Shown: positions 48,824 to 62,057, counted from the first letter of the stretch. The stretch: 64,000 bases of DNA from Octopus sinensis (GCF_006345805.1 NC_043012.1:11098001-11162000); one strand, 5' to 3'. Numbers and translations: made by a program. Notes: a model not told the origin generated them from the sequence alone.

Positions 48824-49239
48824 TGCATTCACTGTATTTATGGCTCTTACAGGGATGCAGGAATATTTGTTCTTCGCTCAGTTTTATGGAAGTCTAAAAG
48901 CCACAGAAACATAACTAGTCCTGGAAGAGTAATTGATTTAATAAATGAAAATCTCTGCGTTCTCTACTTTCTATATTGAGTAATGAGTGTTAAATTGTAA
49001 CTGTCTCTGCTTTGAATGGGAGACATCTAGCAATTATGCATACGATCACTCGCACAACACACACATACATACACACACACACACATACTTACGCACGCAC
49101 ATTTCAAATACCAGCTGGCCTCACACATATATTTATAGGTACATACGTAAAGTCGCGCGTATTATTGAATCTCCCTAATAGTAATTGTTCCGTTGTTGGT
49201 CTTTAACTTACTTTAAAATAATAACCTCAATTTGACATT

Positions 49240-49241
<2 letters not shown>

Positions 49242-49294
<53 letters not shown>

Positions 49295-49595
49295 TCACAA
49301 ACACACGCACGCTCACACACACACAGACATACATACACACGCACGCTCACACACACACACACGCACACATTCACAAACACACACACAAATTCACAAACAC
49401 ACACACACACAAACACACACACATTCACAGACACACAGACATACATACACACACGCACTCACATTCACAAACACACAAACACTCACACACACACACGTAC
49501 ACATACACAAATGCACACACGCACACATACACAAATGCACACACGCACACACATACATACACACGCACGCTCACACACATGCACGCAGACACACA
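49242..49595. repeat. Degenerate (CA)n-rich tract
   Basis: Direct reading. Confidence 0.93.
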
Positions 49596-49706
49596 AACCC
49601 GTATGTACGTGTCTTACCAAGCTGAGTGGCATAACCAATATTTCAACGTCTCCCACTCACGAATCCATTTCTGCGTGTATGTGTGAGTGTGTGTGTAACA
49701 TATATG

Positions 49707-49737
<31 letters not shown>

Positions 49738-50400
49738 TGTGTGTGCGCTGGTCGCCGTTATACGAGCCTCTTCAGTCCAGTGAGACTTTACTAAGTACAT
49801 CTTGTAATTATTGCAACAATTGCAACCCATTAACGTTTCATTTAGTTGGAAAAGCACGTTTCATCCATCGACTTTGCAGTAATCCCCCTCTCTCTCTCTC
49901 TCTCTCTTTTCTTTTCTCTCGCTCTCACTTTTTCTCTCTTTTTTCATCTCTCTCATTCATACACACACATACACACACACTCTCTCTTTGCTTCTCCATA
50001 TCTGTCTTTATCACTTATACTTTCTATTTCTCTCTTCCTCTCTCACACTCTTTCATTGCCCCTTTCCTCTCTATTTCTCCTCTTTGTACCTCTTTGTTCT
50101 TCCATATTCCCCACATTCCACTTCCTCTCCGTTTTCGCGTTAGTTTCTTCAACGCTTCTTTTTCTAATGAAAATATCTGCAGTTCATGCGGAAAACCTGC
50201 AATTCGAACCCCGTTATCATTTATCAGAGAAGTCGCAGAAGACTAATGAGACCTAATCAGATTGGAAGTAGAATAAGATTTCGGAATGGAATACGTTTTT
50301 AGATTATCTTCTAAAAAGGTCTTTAAGCTTAACCCTGTCCCGCTCTCGTAGTTGTTATTTTCTATATTTGGTCAATACGTATAATTTAAACGCTTCTTTG

Positions 50401-50706
50401 TGGAGGTACATGGCCTAGTGGTTAGAACAGCGGACTCGCAGTCGAGGGATCGCGGGTTCGAATCTCAGACCGGGCGATGTGTGTATTTATGAGCGAAACA
50501 CCTAAGCTCCACGCGGCTCCGGCAGAAGGTAATGGCGAACTTCTACTGACTCTTTCGCCACAACTTTCTTTCACTCTTTCCTCCTGCATCTTGCAGCTCA
50601 TCTGCGACGGACCGGCGTCCCGTCCAGGTGGGGAACCTATACGCCAAGGAAACCGAGAAACCGGCCCTTACGAGCCAGGGATGGCTCGAGAAGGAACAAA
50701 CAACGC
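50401..50706 (+). mobile_element. tRNA-derived SINE family C (mosaic of E head and D tail) with 11-bp TSD
   Basis: TSD ACGCTTCTTTG at 50390-50400 and 50707-50717. A-box TGGCCTAGTGG and B-box GGTTCGAATC. Confidence 0.9.
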
Positions 50707-52118
50707 ACGCTTCTTTGCTTGGATAACCAAAGCTCAATATCCAGTGTTTATTGGGTAACAAATCCTCTGAGAAAGCAGTCTCAGAGAGAGATGGGACATG
50801 TGCTATTCAGGCTGAACTAAAGAACAGGGAGTCAGGAGTATTCTATTTATATTAAAGGTTCCAGGCATTGCTGGTGTTCCTACTCTCCCTCCCAGTTATG
50901 AATATGTAATTGGTACTTTCGCGCAATTATGTGGCTTCAAATCCCGGTGGCAGTTTTCAGTAAATGTCTCCTTCCATTGGTTACCTCGGTTTGACCAATA
51001 CCATGGGAATAAATTACGCGGAAGCCCGTTTTACACCCCGACCCCACACGCACACACAATATCAGAGTAGCTTGTTAGAAAATCTCAATAAGAGATGATA
51101 GCAATAACTATCCTGAGAAGTAATGTTTATCGCCACTTCAACATAGCTGTTCTGTAGGAACCGACGTTACTACTGTTTTTAACTCCTGGAGGACGCCTCC
51201 TCTAGTTGGCTGCCGATGCAACCTGCACCCGATATATATTGCAAGCAGGGGAGCGAACTCCTGCCGTCTTCCAGCGACGTCGCGACCAAATGCAGTGTTG
51301 AAGAAAGGTACTCAGCCAATAAATTATCGTACATTTGATATATTCGTAGCATGTACTGAACTGTTATTATCCATTCATCTTAATTTATTATACACACTTG
51401 CTCGCATTCACAAATATGGATGGTGATGGTAGCGATGGCAATAGTGGTGGTGATGATGGTAGTGACGATTATAGTAGTGGCGGTTGTGGGGTGTTGGTGG
51501 AGGAAGGTTGTTGGTCACTTCTTGATAAATTCTGCGGATGAGCCGGTGCGAAGAAGACTTATGCAACATCACCATAAAGTATGTATAAATGTATGTGGAT
51601 GCGTGCAATCGATAGACATCCGTAAAAAAAAAGCGATTTAGTCACGTCCTTCGAGGTTCAGAGATCAGATTCCACCGGGGACATCTTTACCTCTTATATT
51701 TCACCATTAAAATATTTAGCGTCCCGTTTACGCGCAACTAGGACGTGTGATTTGAGAGAGATTTGGTTGCTATTTCCTGCTGATCAAATGACCACATAGT
51801 CGATAATATGGGGCTCAACAACAGCAACAGCAACAAAATCTACTAAGATCACCATATAACCGGGGACAGCATAGGTCTGTCCTATCGTCTTGAGAATGGC
51901 AAAAGCACATTATCACATGTGGTCCTGCATCTCAAGGGGATGGTCTTGACTGGAACGTGTTTGAACATGCATAAATCTACTGGATTAGGGCTCGCCTCGC
52001 GTTACGCAACAAATAACAACAAGTAGTGTTCGTTCTAATCTATACGACTCTAAATTCCCTCCAAAATTGGTGGCCTAAAGTTGAACTTATAATTCATAAC
52101 CACTACGGATTGTCAAGT

Positions 52119-52153
<35 letters not shown>

Positions 52154-52837
52154 GGGAGAAGAGAGAGAGAGAGAGAGAGTGAGAGAGAGGAGGAGAGAAT
52201 GAGACGGGAAGAGAGCGCGAAAGTAGATGAAAAAAGAAAGGGGAGAAGATAGAGGGAGAGAGAAAGAAAAGAGGAAGAGTGGAGGGATTTGATGGATGTT
52301 ATATGTCATCGGAGTAGGTGCAAATGGGGTGTAAATGGGGTGTAAATGGGGTGTAACTGTGCGTCTCCATCCTGCGGAACGAGAAAATCTCAAGAATTAA
52401 CGATTATAAAGACGAAAACTAATATAACATTAGTTTGCTTTACATCTGGTATTAGAAGACCTGCCTGGGACTAATTGAAACATGGTTCTTTCTAATTCCC
52501 TATCTCTGCATATCTCATTTAGTGCGTATGTGCATGTATATATGCATACATGTGTGTATATGTATGTGTGTATGTGCGTATGTGCGTGTGCCTACATGCG
52601 TATAAATTTGCAGGTGTATGTGAGCGGGAGCGCGCGTGTGTACATATACTAGTGCGAACACGCTATCCCAAAGATAGCGTATTTGGCATTAATATTGGGA
52701 TTGAATATGGTGAAATTAGTGCACGTTCTTTTTTACGCGCCCGCGCACACACACTTATGCGTGTGAGTGTTTGTGTATGTGTGTGCATGCACGTGCGTGT
52801 GTGTATATAATATCAATCTATATTATTTTCTATTCTA

Positions 52838-53182
52838 GGCACAAGGCCCGACATTTTTGGGGAGAGATCCAGTCGATTAGATCTACTCCAGTATGCATCT
52901 GGTACTTAATTTATCGACTTCGAAAGGATAAAAAGTAAAGTCGGCCTCGGTGGAAATACCCATTTCTTTACTACCCACAGGAGGCTAAACACAGAGAGGA
53001 CAACGGACAGACAAACGGATTAAGTCGATTATATCGACCCTAGTGCGTAACTGGTACTTAATTTATCGACCCCGAAAGGATGAAAGGCAAAGTCAACCTC
53101 GGCGGAATTTGAACTCAGAACGTAGCGGCAGACGAAATACCGCTAAGCAATTCGCCTGGCGTGCTAATGTTTCTGCCGCCTT
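52838..53182 (-). mobile_element. SINE family A, head plus second unit with alternative tail
   Basis: Full copy ~52960-53182 joined to a partial unit ending in the alternative ...AAAATGTCGGGCCTTGTGCC tail. Confidence 0.8.
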
Positions 53183-53688
53183 GTAATGTCAATCTAAATT
53201 GTCTACGTTGATGCTACTGTGTGCGATTTCGAAGGAGATTTGGCTGCTATTTTGATCCCGTGATTTAGAAAGCAGATTATTGTAAGATACCGTATAATAT
53301 ATACAATATAGTTATGCTCATTTGTGCCTAAATTACCTATGATCAAGCAGATCCTTAATGAATGAAGATCCAATCGTGATCATCCAGAGTGCCTTATAAC
53401 AAGGACTTAATACAGTAAACAGCATCAACCGATTAGGAAAAAAAAACCTAATTATTTCAAGATTAGATGAAAGAGGTTCTATAATAATCTAGTAGGCTGT
53501 TGTTTCTAGCAGGTCAGGCGACCACTTAAAAGAACTTGGTTTTTCCTTAGCTCAAATGTCTTTAGTTGGACAGGTAAATTTCTAATACTCGTTGTGTTGC
53601 AGTAAAGGATGAAAGCCATTTCATACCTTCTATACTCTCACGTTGCTATGGAAATTTTATCATCGCTTTCGTATCATTATTATATGGC

Positions 53689-53781
<93 letters not shown>

Positions 53782-55118
53782 ACATACATACATACATACA
53801 TACATACATACATACATACATGCATACATATATATATATACACACATACATATATGTTTTTGATGTACTCATCATATTTACATCAACATGAATATGTATA
53901 CACACACATATATACAGATATATACACACACAGATATACATATATATATATATATACATATATATATTTGTATATATATATACGCACACACATATATATG
54001 TATGTGTGTGCGTGTGTGTGTGTTTGTTTGTGTGTGTGTGTGTGTGTGTGTAATGCAGCATAGTGCATAATAAATAATCAATCTTTAGAGCTCCATGTGT
54101 TCATTTATAGTTTGAAAGATGCGTTCGAAAGCAGAAATCGAATTATGTTTCGAAATATCTTTGCTATCGATGTCAAAAAAAAAATACAAACTCAGCACAG
54201 AAGATCGCGTCAACACTGCAAAGAAATGCGTTTTTAGCAACATTCTCCCGATCAGGGCAACTTGCCCTTTTTCTAACGGATACGTTGGAACTTATGCTAT
54301 TCTATACACTTACCACATTATGGGTCTTTGTTATGTAACGAACGTGTTTACAGCGTGAGCTATGGTTCACTCAAAACAACGAACTAGATAAGACTATAAC
54401 TCCTTTTGTTTATGTTATATTCTTTTATTCCGTACTCTATTTTGTTGTACTTCAACAAAATCAGTGACTCCCAAAGTGGACAGTACTACCTCCCTGAAGG
54501 TGGTAGAAAGATCAAGGGGTCCATTGAAGAAAAGTGGGGCAATGAATTAAAAAAAAAACCCAAAATAATGGGTTAATGAGGTTTAGTTTTATGTGTGAAA
54601 TAGGGTTGTTTTGAATTTGCTGCCGATAGTGGTCTATGTTCGTGGTATTGAGTGGCGGTGGGGCTGGGGCTAGAAATGCAGCCCGAAAATGTTTGGGTAC
54701 CACTTGTGTAAATATACATGATAAGCCTACTTGTATTTATCTGCCTTTCTACTTTAACACAAAAGAGATATGGAAAAAAGTATGAGTGAATATATTTTCA
54801 TATGGTTAGTCTCATCAGTCTTACACGTATTTCGTTAATGAAGAAATCATTTATGCAGCGATATACCTAACTATCAGATCACATCACCAAATCATCAGAG
54901 TTTGTATAATAAGCAAGACAATGTATAATAAGTGACACAATTCATAGCAGTCCTACTTACTGTATTCTAATGCAGTGTTCCACAACCGGTATGCTGCGAC
55001 ACACTGGTATTCCACAAGACGATACTAGGTGTGCCACAGTGTAACTTGAATATAATTTTTTCCTTATACCTTTAGTTATATTATTATTTCAGGTGTGTGC
55101 CGAATTTTAAAAAGCATA

Positions 55119-56445
55119 TCTCGTATATACTCGTGTAAAAGTCGAATTTTTAAAACCATTTTTTAAGGTCAAATTTATGGCGTCCACTACTACATGGATA
55201 CTACTTTTGAGGGGCTGAAATTTAAGCTAGAATCCGAAGTACCGTATCAGCAGCAGTAGCCCAACTGATCTCTAAGCGAATAAAAACAAAAACACAATGA
55301 ATTACAGTAATATTACGAATTCTATGCATCAAGACACACGTCCTTGTAAATCTCGAAACCCATAAACAAGACCTCGGAGCACTTATAAATATTTACACTT
55401 TCTCTTTTATTTGTATTCAGCAGACTTAACAGACTAGCCGAGTGAAATCAATTTATACCTCATAATTATGTTATATTACCACCGGTAACATATCTAGGCG
55501 GTACCGGCATGCTACTACCTACCGTAATACGGTGCATACAGCAGGAACCTGTTCAGCGTGCTTCACATCATAACTCTTCAATAACATTACATTATTTTCA
55601 TATTCATGGCTAAAGTCATATTCGTCACAAGTGTTTTAGTGGTGCATATTTATTTCTAATTAATTAAAAGCATCTTAATGTTTTAAATACCAAAATTGAT
55701 AAAAGAAGTAGAAACACCACACCACTCTCCGCCACCAACATTCTCCACCGAAAACGTTTTCTTCTTCGTGTCTGGATAAAAGACCACCGTAACAATTCCT
55801 TTGCGGGCATTTTTATTTTTTATAAATTCAGTGAAGCTTATGGCTCAAAATATAAAATAGATATCAAAATAATTAATAATGTCAATAAAAACCAATAAAT
55901 TATCAAATTTTTATTTATGCAAACAAAAAGTGAAGTAGAAATTTACGAAAATACAGCTTTAAATTATAATTACGATACGTGGTACATCTTCAAAATTTTA
56001 CGCACAAAAGTTCAGTAAAATCCTATAAAATAAAGCTTTTCATCATCTTCAGCATTGAATGCAGCTTCATAATGATCAGGATGAATGATAACATCGTATG
56101 GATTCTCTTCATCTTCATTTCCACTGTCCATAATTAGAGGTAGCACACCATCCACTTCTTCGTCATCCATGTCATTCTATAGACAATCGTCTTCCATACT
56201 ATCCAATGTATTCACAATTCCACATTTCTTCCATGATCTGACAACAGTTTCAACTTCTATTTCCTTCCATGAATCAACGATCCATTCACAGATCAGACGC
56301 AGTGATGGAGCCCGGCATACTACTTCCTTTCGTGTACGTTTTTTCTCCATCATCACGCATCCAGTTATTCCTCTTGATTCGCACCATGTTCTTAAATGGC
56401 TTATTGATATTAACGCCTTAATGGTTGCAAAACACTTGTAAGTCC
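55119..56445 (-). pseudogene. pogo/Tc2-group (DDE_1) transposon remnant
   Basis: Minus strand 56445-56050: LQPL(fs)VNINKPFKNMVR...YTKGSSM..APSLRLICEWIVDSWKEIEVETVVRSWKKCGIVNTLDSMEDDCL*, then an acidic tail. TIR-like CGTATATACTCGTGTAAAAGTCGA at ~55122. Confidence 0.82.
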
Positions 56446-56460
56446 GACTGGAACTTCAGC

Positions 56461-56715
56461 TATATCAGTATTTGGTGACTTGGAGGCTATTAGCTGCGAC
56501 GATTTCATCTCAATCGAAGGAGAGGGGCTTTCTCCGTCCGGGTTGCGGATCCGTGGAAATAAGCTGCCGGACGAGATAGTGAAGATGCCGACGACCGCTC
56601 GGTTCAAAGTCTCTCTTGACCAGAAATGGCCTGAACTCTTTGCATGAACACTACCCTGTACATAACTCCATGTCCCCCTACATGGCCTTGCTTTTTGCTT
56701 ATTTTGAAATTGTAT
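56461..56715 (+). pseudogene. CR1-like LINE 3' end fragment
   Basis: RRFHLNRRRGAFSVRVADPW(fs)NKLPDEIVKMPTTARFKVSLDQKWPELFA* (stop 56645-56647), matching the CR1 FS.RV...WN.LP..V......FK..LD motif. Confidence 0.8.
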
Positions 56716-56799
56716 GGATAATACCGTACTAAATTCTGGTGCTTCAACTTAAGTACCATATTCATCTGAATCTATCTATCTATCTATATACATATATAA

Positions 56800-56958
56800 G
56801 TCGGGCTTCTTTCGGTTTCCTTCAACCAAATCAACTCACTAGGCTTTGTTCTGCCTGAGGCTATAGTAGCAGACACTTGCTCAAGATGCCACACAGTGAG
56901 ACTGAACTCTGAGACTGGTTGGGAAGCAAGCATCTCAGCACACAACCACATCTACACC
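56800..56958 (-). mobile_element. SINE family B, diverged 5' half
   Basis: CGGGCTTCTTTCGGTTTCC...GACACTTGCTCAAGATGCCAC. Confidence 0.75.
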
Positions 56959-56964
56959 TATACA

Positions 56965-57018
<54 letters not shown>

Positions 57019-57969
57019 TGTGTGTACGTGTATTCAAGTATTAAAGTTTGTCAAGGAAAGACGAGGAGGAAATTACTCAATAAAGTATCTGAGGCATATT
57101 CTTCATTCTTGCATCTCGAGATTTACGTTACTGCAAACCTCAGAAAAGATCTGTCTTCTTGCGATATTTCCTGTTTTATATAGACTGAATACAGTGTGTA
57201 TGAAACTATTGTATATAATGTCTATAAAACCAGCTCGGAAATACTGAACGACTATACATCTCACCTGATGATAGCAACCGTATGAATCGTGATTCTCAAG
57301 GAACATAATTCTATTGGAATAAACAATATATGAAGTTTCTAGCTGGGAGCAGTCTTCAGATAAACTTATCTGCACATATTGCTAACAAATGAAACTTCTA
57401 ATATCATTCTTCATTTATTTATTTTATTTTTATTTTTAACTCTAGAAAGATGAAAGTCAGATGAAACAGTAAAGCAGGCCAACACTATACAGGCAGAGTA
57501 TTGTATTTATATATTCATATATTTATTTTCCTTTTTCCTTTATATTTTTACAGGCTGTTGACATTATCTTCCGTTGTTCCGTATCTTCAAAACACAATGT
57601 TTGATTCTCCTCCTCTGTCCGTCTCCCCCTCCCTCAATATCTATTATGCATACGTACGCACGTTTACATCTGTGTGCATATATATATATACATCATGTAC
57701 GTATGCATGTAAACAGATACCGGTACGTATGCATATATGTATATGCATTCATATAAACACATACATATGCATACATATAAACTTATGTAAGCTCACAAAC
57801 ACACACATATGTTATGCATGTATGAATGTATCTGGTGTTGTGTAAGTTAGGCCATACATACACTATCCACGTTTACACACGCATACACAGATATTAATAT
57901 ATACATACAACACACACAAACACACATAATATATATATACATACATACATACATACATACATTATATAT

Positions 57970-58000
<31 letters not shown>

Positions 58001-58001
58001 T

Positions 58002-58095
<94 letters not shown>

Positions 58096-58309
58096 TGTTA
58101 TTGTGCATTTGCTACTCTAAAGATCGTAAAAGCATTCAATACACTCTTGTTAAGGATAGTATTAATCTAATGTATTTGATTTTTTTTTTAAAGTTCAAGT
58201 TACCAGGATGACAAATCCGAACCAAGGTTTCGTTCAGTCGACGTTCATATGCAACAGCTGAACGTTATGAAATTTTTATCACAGTCCTTCATTGTGTGCA
58301 TGTGTGTAC

Positions 58310-58515
<206 letters not shown>

Positions 58516-58969
58516 AAAATTAGAAGTGAAGTTATGAATGACTTAGCAAACACAGTTTTCAGGTAAGGCAAATACACGGTGGTAATTGTTTGTGGCTGCC
58601 AATGATAGGAGAAGATAATAAGGAATTAAGAATTAATTTCACAAAATTAATTTAGAAAAAATATGACAGCTATTTGTCAATTTGCAGGGAAGGTGGGAAC
58701 CACTAGGAACATCTTATGATCTTACTGATCATTCCAGTATCTGATGTCCTTTTGCTAGCCAACAAAAATCAGGTAAGGTAATTGATTGAAAAGGAAATTT
58801 CAATTCTCGAAATTTTCTCTCTTCATCATTGAAACTCAATATCAATAACCGCTACATTTTCGTTTAATTATTCCAGCTAAGAAGAAATTTTCAATTATTT
58901 GCGAATAAGTTGTGGACATGGTTCATTAAACTTGCCGAAATTTTTGGCCATTGGCCTATATTATGTTTT

Positions 58970-59126
58970 AGGCTTGGCTGTGTGGTAAGAAGCTTGCTTC
59001 CCAACCACATGGTTCCGGGTTCAGATCTACTGCGTGGCACCTTGGGCGAGTGTCTTCTGCTACAGTCTCGGTCCGACCAAAGCCTTGTAAATGGATTTGG
59101 TAGACGGAAACTGGAATAAGCTCGTC

Positions 59127-59130
<4 letters not shown>
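58970..59130 (+). mobile_element. SINE family B, 5' half
   Basis: TGGCTGTGTGGTAAG...GGCACCTTGGGCGAGTG...GGATTTGGTAGACGGAAAC. Confidence 0.82.
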
Positions 59131-59184
<54 letters not shown>

Positions 59185-59530
59185 GCGTGTGTATAACTAT
59201 TTTCATTTATATTCCTGTGTATTGTGTTGACGAAAGAAAAAAGACTTCTTTATGGGCTTTAATCCAGAAATTGCATCCAATTCACAATTGGCGTGAAGTC
59301 CTTTTTAGTATCTTTTCATTTGCCGAACTACAACTTGTGTTTTTGGAGTTATTCAGTAGTTTCTTAGTACCTTTGTCATCTATTACAAGCATGCAGGAGA
59401 CAGGTCTTTTCGCCCTGCTCCTTAATATATAATATATATATATATATATATAATATATATAATATATAGATATATATATATATCTATATATATATATGGA
59501 GTTAAATACAGGTGTTATTCAAATTCTTTT

Positions 59531-59619
59531 ACTTCCGACACATGTTTCGAAGACATCGTTGGTATTATTCCAAAGGAATAAAATGATGTAAAACAATGTA
59601 ATCATCTCTTCAGGGAAAT
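59531..59619 (-). ncRNA. Type I hammerhead-like motif with expanded stem II (Penelope-like tail 59497-59640)
   Basis: Minus strand ATTTCC-CTGAAGA-G...~60 nt...C-GAAAC-ATGT-GTC-GGAAGT. Stem I is 6 bp with one G.U, stem III is palindromic (ACATGT), and the triplet is GUC. Confidence 0.55.
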
Positions 59620-60884
59620 AAAGAAATAAAACTCGTCAATAAGACATTTTAACAGAATATGATGGATATGTATATTGGCAAACTGAACGGTTTTAAGTTT
59701 TCTTTAAAAAAAACTTTAGATGATATAACGTTAAAGGTAGCATATAGAACGAGGAGAGGGTAAAGGAAGAAAAAAATGAGAAATCAAATAAATGAGAAAT
59801 ATAGAACGATATGTGAATTAAATAAAAGCCTAAAGTCTTGGAAAAAATATATCTAGTGGAAGTGAAATGTAAGAAGAAAATCAATGTTTAAATTATATAC
59901 AATGGTAGATATTACTTGCTTGCATCTGAGTGGGCTGCTAGCAGTTTAAAATTGGGCGACGAGTTACGTCTAATATGTATGTATTTATATATGTAAGTAT
60001 GTTTATATGTATGCATGTAGGTATGTGTATATGTATGCAAGCATGTAGGTTTGTATACATATTTATGAAAATAACGTAACTCAAAAGAAAAATTACATTG
60101 GTATGTACGAAAGCGATTTAAAAAAAAAATACACTAACTATAAGTCTTCTTTCTGACATGTAGATAATAAGAAACCCACGAAGTTAGTTAACCGTATGTG
60201 ACACCACACACCATCAAGTGGAACATCGTGGAAGGATACATGCCATGCATTAATGGATCATAATGATGTAGGCTTGGTTTAAGCGAAACTGTTTTTAGAT
60301 CTAACAACTCTACTGACCTGAAATTTTTACTAAGTGTAAGCCTCTGGACAAATTTCTTTTATTGAACTGGAAAACACTACCCTCTCTGGATTAAGCATGT
60401 ATTTTCACAAACTTTGACCTTTTCCCCGTTCAATTTATTTACACCACCCATATCAATTCTGATTCGAACGCGTTAAAAAGACGCCATTCTTAATTTTCTC
60501 ATTTTTTTCCTAATCCGGTTTTTTTCTTTTACCTTCCTCTCGTCTTTTCTCCTTGTTTTCCAAAGATCAACCATATTGTACAGTTGAGTCTGAAAGATTG
60601 TTTGGTGACTCATGGTGCCTTATATAAGCTTGTCTGATAGCAATGTTTTCACAAGCTACTAGCAGTAGCTTGAATTTAAATCCTATGTATAATTAATGAT
60701 ATTTATCCCTCACTAGATGGAGTATTTTTTTGACCCAATCAATAATGGAACATTACATTATACATACATACATACATAAATGCATAATGTATACTTATAC
60801 ACACACACACCACATACACACACACATATATACATATACATACATATGCATACATGTATATATATGTATATATTTTGTTATCGT

Positions 60885-61150
60885 GGAGGTGCGTGGCTTA
60901 GTGGTTAGGGTGTCAGCACCATGATCGTAAAATTGTGGTTTCGATTTCCTGGACCGGGCGACGCGTTGTGTTCTTGAGCAAAACACTTCATTTTACGTTG
61001 CTCCAGTCCACTCAGCTGGCAAAAAATGAGTAACGCTGCGATGGACTGGCGTCTTGTCCAGCTGGGGAACACATACGCCATAGAAACCGGGAAACCGGGC
61101 CCATGAGCCTGGCTAGGCTTTAAAAGGGCGCATTTATTTATTTATTTATT
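60885..61150 (+). mobile_element. tRNA-derived SINE family D
   Basis: GGAGGTGCGTGGCTTAGTGGTTAGGG head, CORE-like GTGTTCTTGAGCAAAACAC, and (ATTT)n tail. Confidence 0.88.
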
Positions 61151-61212
61151 TATTTAATATCTTTTATCATGGCTCTCTCCCTCACTCTCTTTATATATAT
61201 ATATATATATTC

Positions 61213-61430
61213 AAAATGTGACCGCGTGTGTACCGTTGGCGATTTTTTTCCCTCCGTCTTCCCTTCTTTGGATCTTTCCTTTTCCTATGTTTCTGACGAA
61301 GAGCTCTGCTCGAAACATTAAACCCTCCTTCTTTCTTTCTTTCCTGAGCGTCCAATAACACTATACTTGTTCTACGTCCTCGCGTTGTTGTGTTTTCTCT
61401 TTGTGTTTTTCATGTTTGGATTAACTATAT
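61213..61430 (+). mobile_element. Penelope-like tail with minimal hammerhead motif (61289-61323)
   Basis: GTTT-CTGACGAA-GAGC-TCT-GCTC-GAAAC-AT-T-AAAC. Stem III has A where G is needed (possible CpG decay). Followed by the family tail TTCCTGAGCGTCCAATAACAC. Confidence 0.6.
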
Positions 61431-61649
61431 ATATATATATATATATATGCATACATATATATATATATAAATATATATATATATATTATATATATATACT
61501 CACGCATATATAAACGCATATACATATACCTACATACACACAAAAATCACAAAAACATACTCGTACATGCATCAGTATGTGTGTATTTTCCTGTTCCGTT
61601 TCTCCTTCATTTTCCGGTGACCTGTATTTCAAAACTACGACATCACGTT

Positions 61650-61786
61650 ATGCAAATGAAGCGCTCATGCAAATGAGCAACGTCGTCCACCATTGCTGTG
61701 AGCACACATATTTCCGTCCGCGTAGAAGCAACTTGTGTGCAAAAATAGAAATAACTCACCCAATCACGTTTTCCTGCTGACTCAGC
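61650..61786. promoter_or_regulatory. Candidate cis-regulatory cluster: two octamer sites, CCAAT and AP-1/MARE
   Basis: ATGCAAATGA at 61650 and 61667, CCAAT at 61760, TGCTGACTCAGC at 61775-61786. Motif matches only; no linked gene is seen. Confidence 0.35.
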
Positions 61787-62057
61787 TTTTTAAGCCACGT
61801 CCTACCCAGTCTCCTACCCGATAGTCTACCCACACATTCGTCATTACAAAGGAGAAGGGGGAAAAAAAAAAAAAAAACTAAACAAAATCATGATGGACGA
61901 TTTTACAGAAATTTTATTTTAGCACAAGGTCTTCTCTCTTCCTTGGTCACTGTTGTTTTTGTTGTTTTTTGTTGTTCGCTGTTGTTGTTCTAATTGTTAT
62001 CGTTGCGTTTGTTGTTATTAGAGTTGTGATTGTTTTTTTTTCCTGTTTTGGTTATTA

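Noticed and set aside
52318-52351. Iteron-like triple repeat of AAATGGGGTGT
   Set aside because: Three copies of an 11-mer beside low-complexity DNA are adequately explained by slippage.
54216-54318. Minus-strand first exon ATGTG|GTAAGT with a 98-nt intron ending TTTCTTTGCAG
   Set aside because: The splice signals look good, but the spliced frame stops after 15 codons at a T10 run, and even with T9 it gives only a ~44-aa peptide with no recognisable similarity. RNA-seq is needed.
54973-55050. hAT-type MITE starting CAGTGTTCCACAACC
   Set aside because: Only one end resembles a hAT terminus; no matching right TIR or 8-bp TSD was found.
57248-57300. Hammerhead at CACCTGATGATAGCAACCGTATGAATCG
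   Set aside because: The second core reads GAAT rather than GAAA, and stems I and III cannot both be formed. It may be a very old PLE remnant but is not supportable.
58688-58772. Plus-strand exon bounded by TTTGCAG and CAG|GTAAGG
   Set aside because: Stop codons in all three frames and no supporting neighbours.
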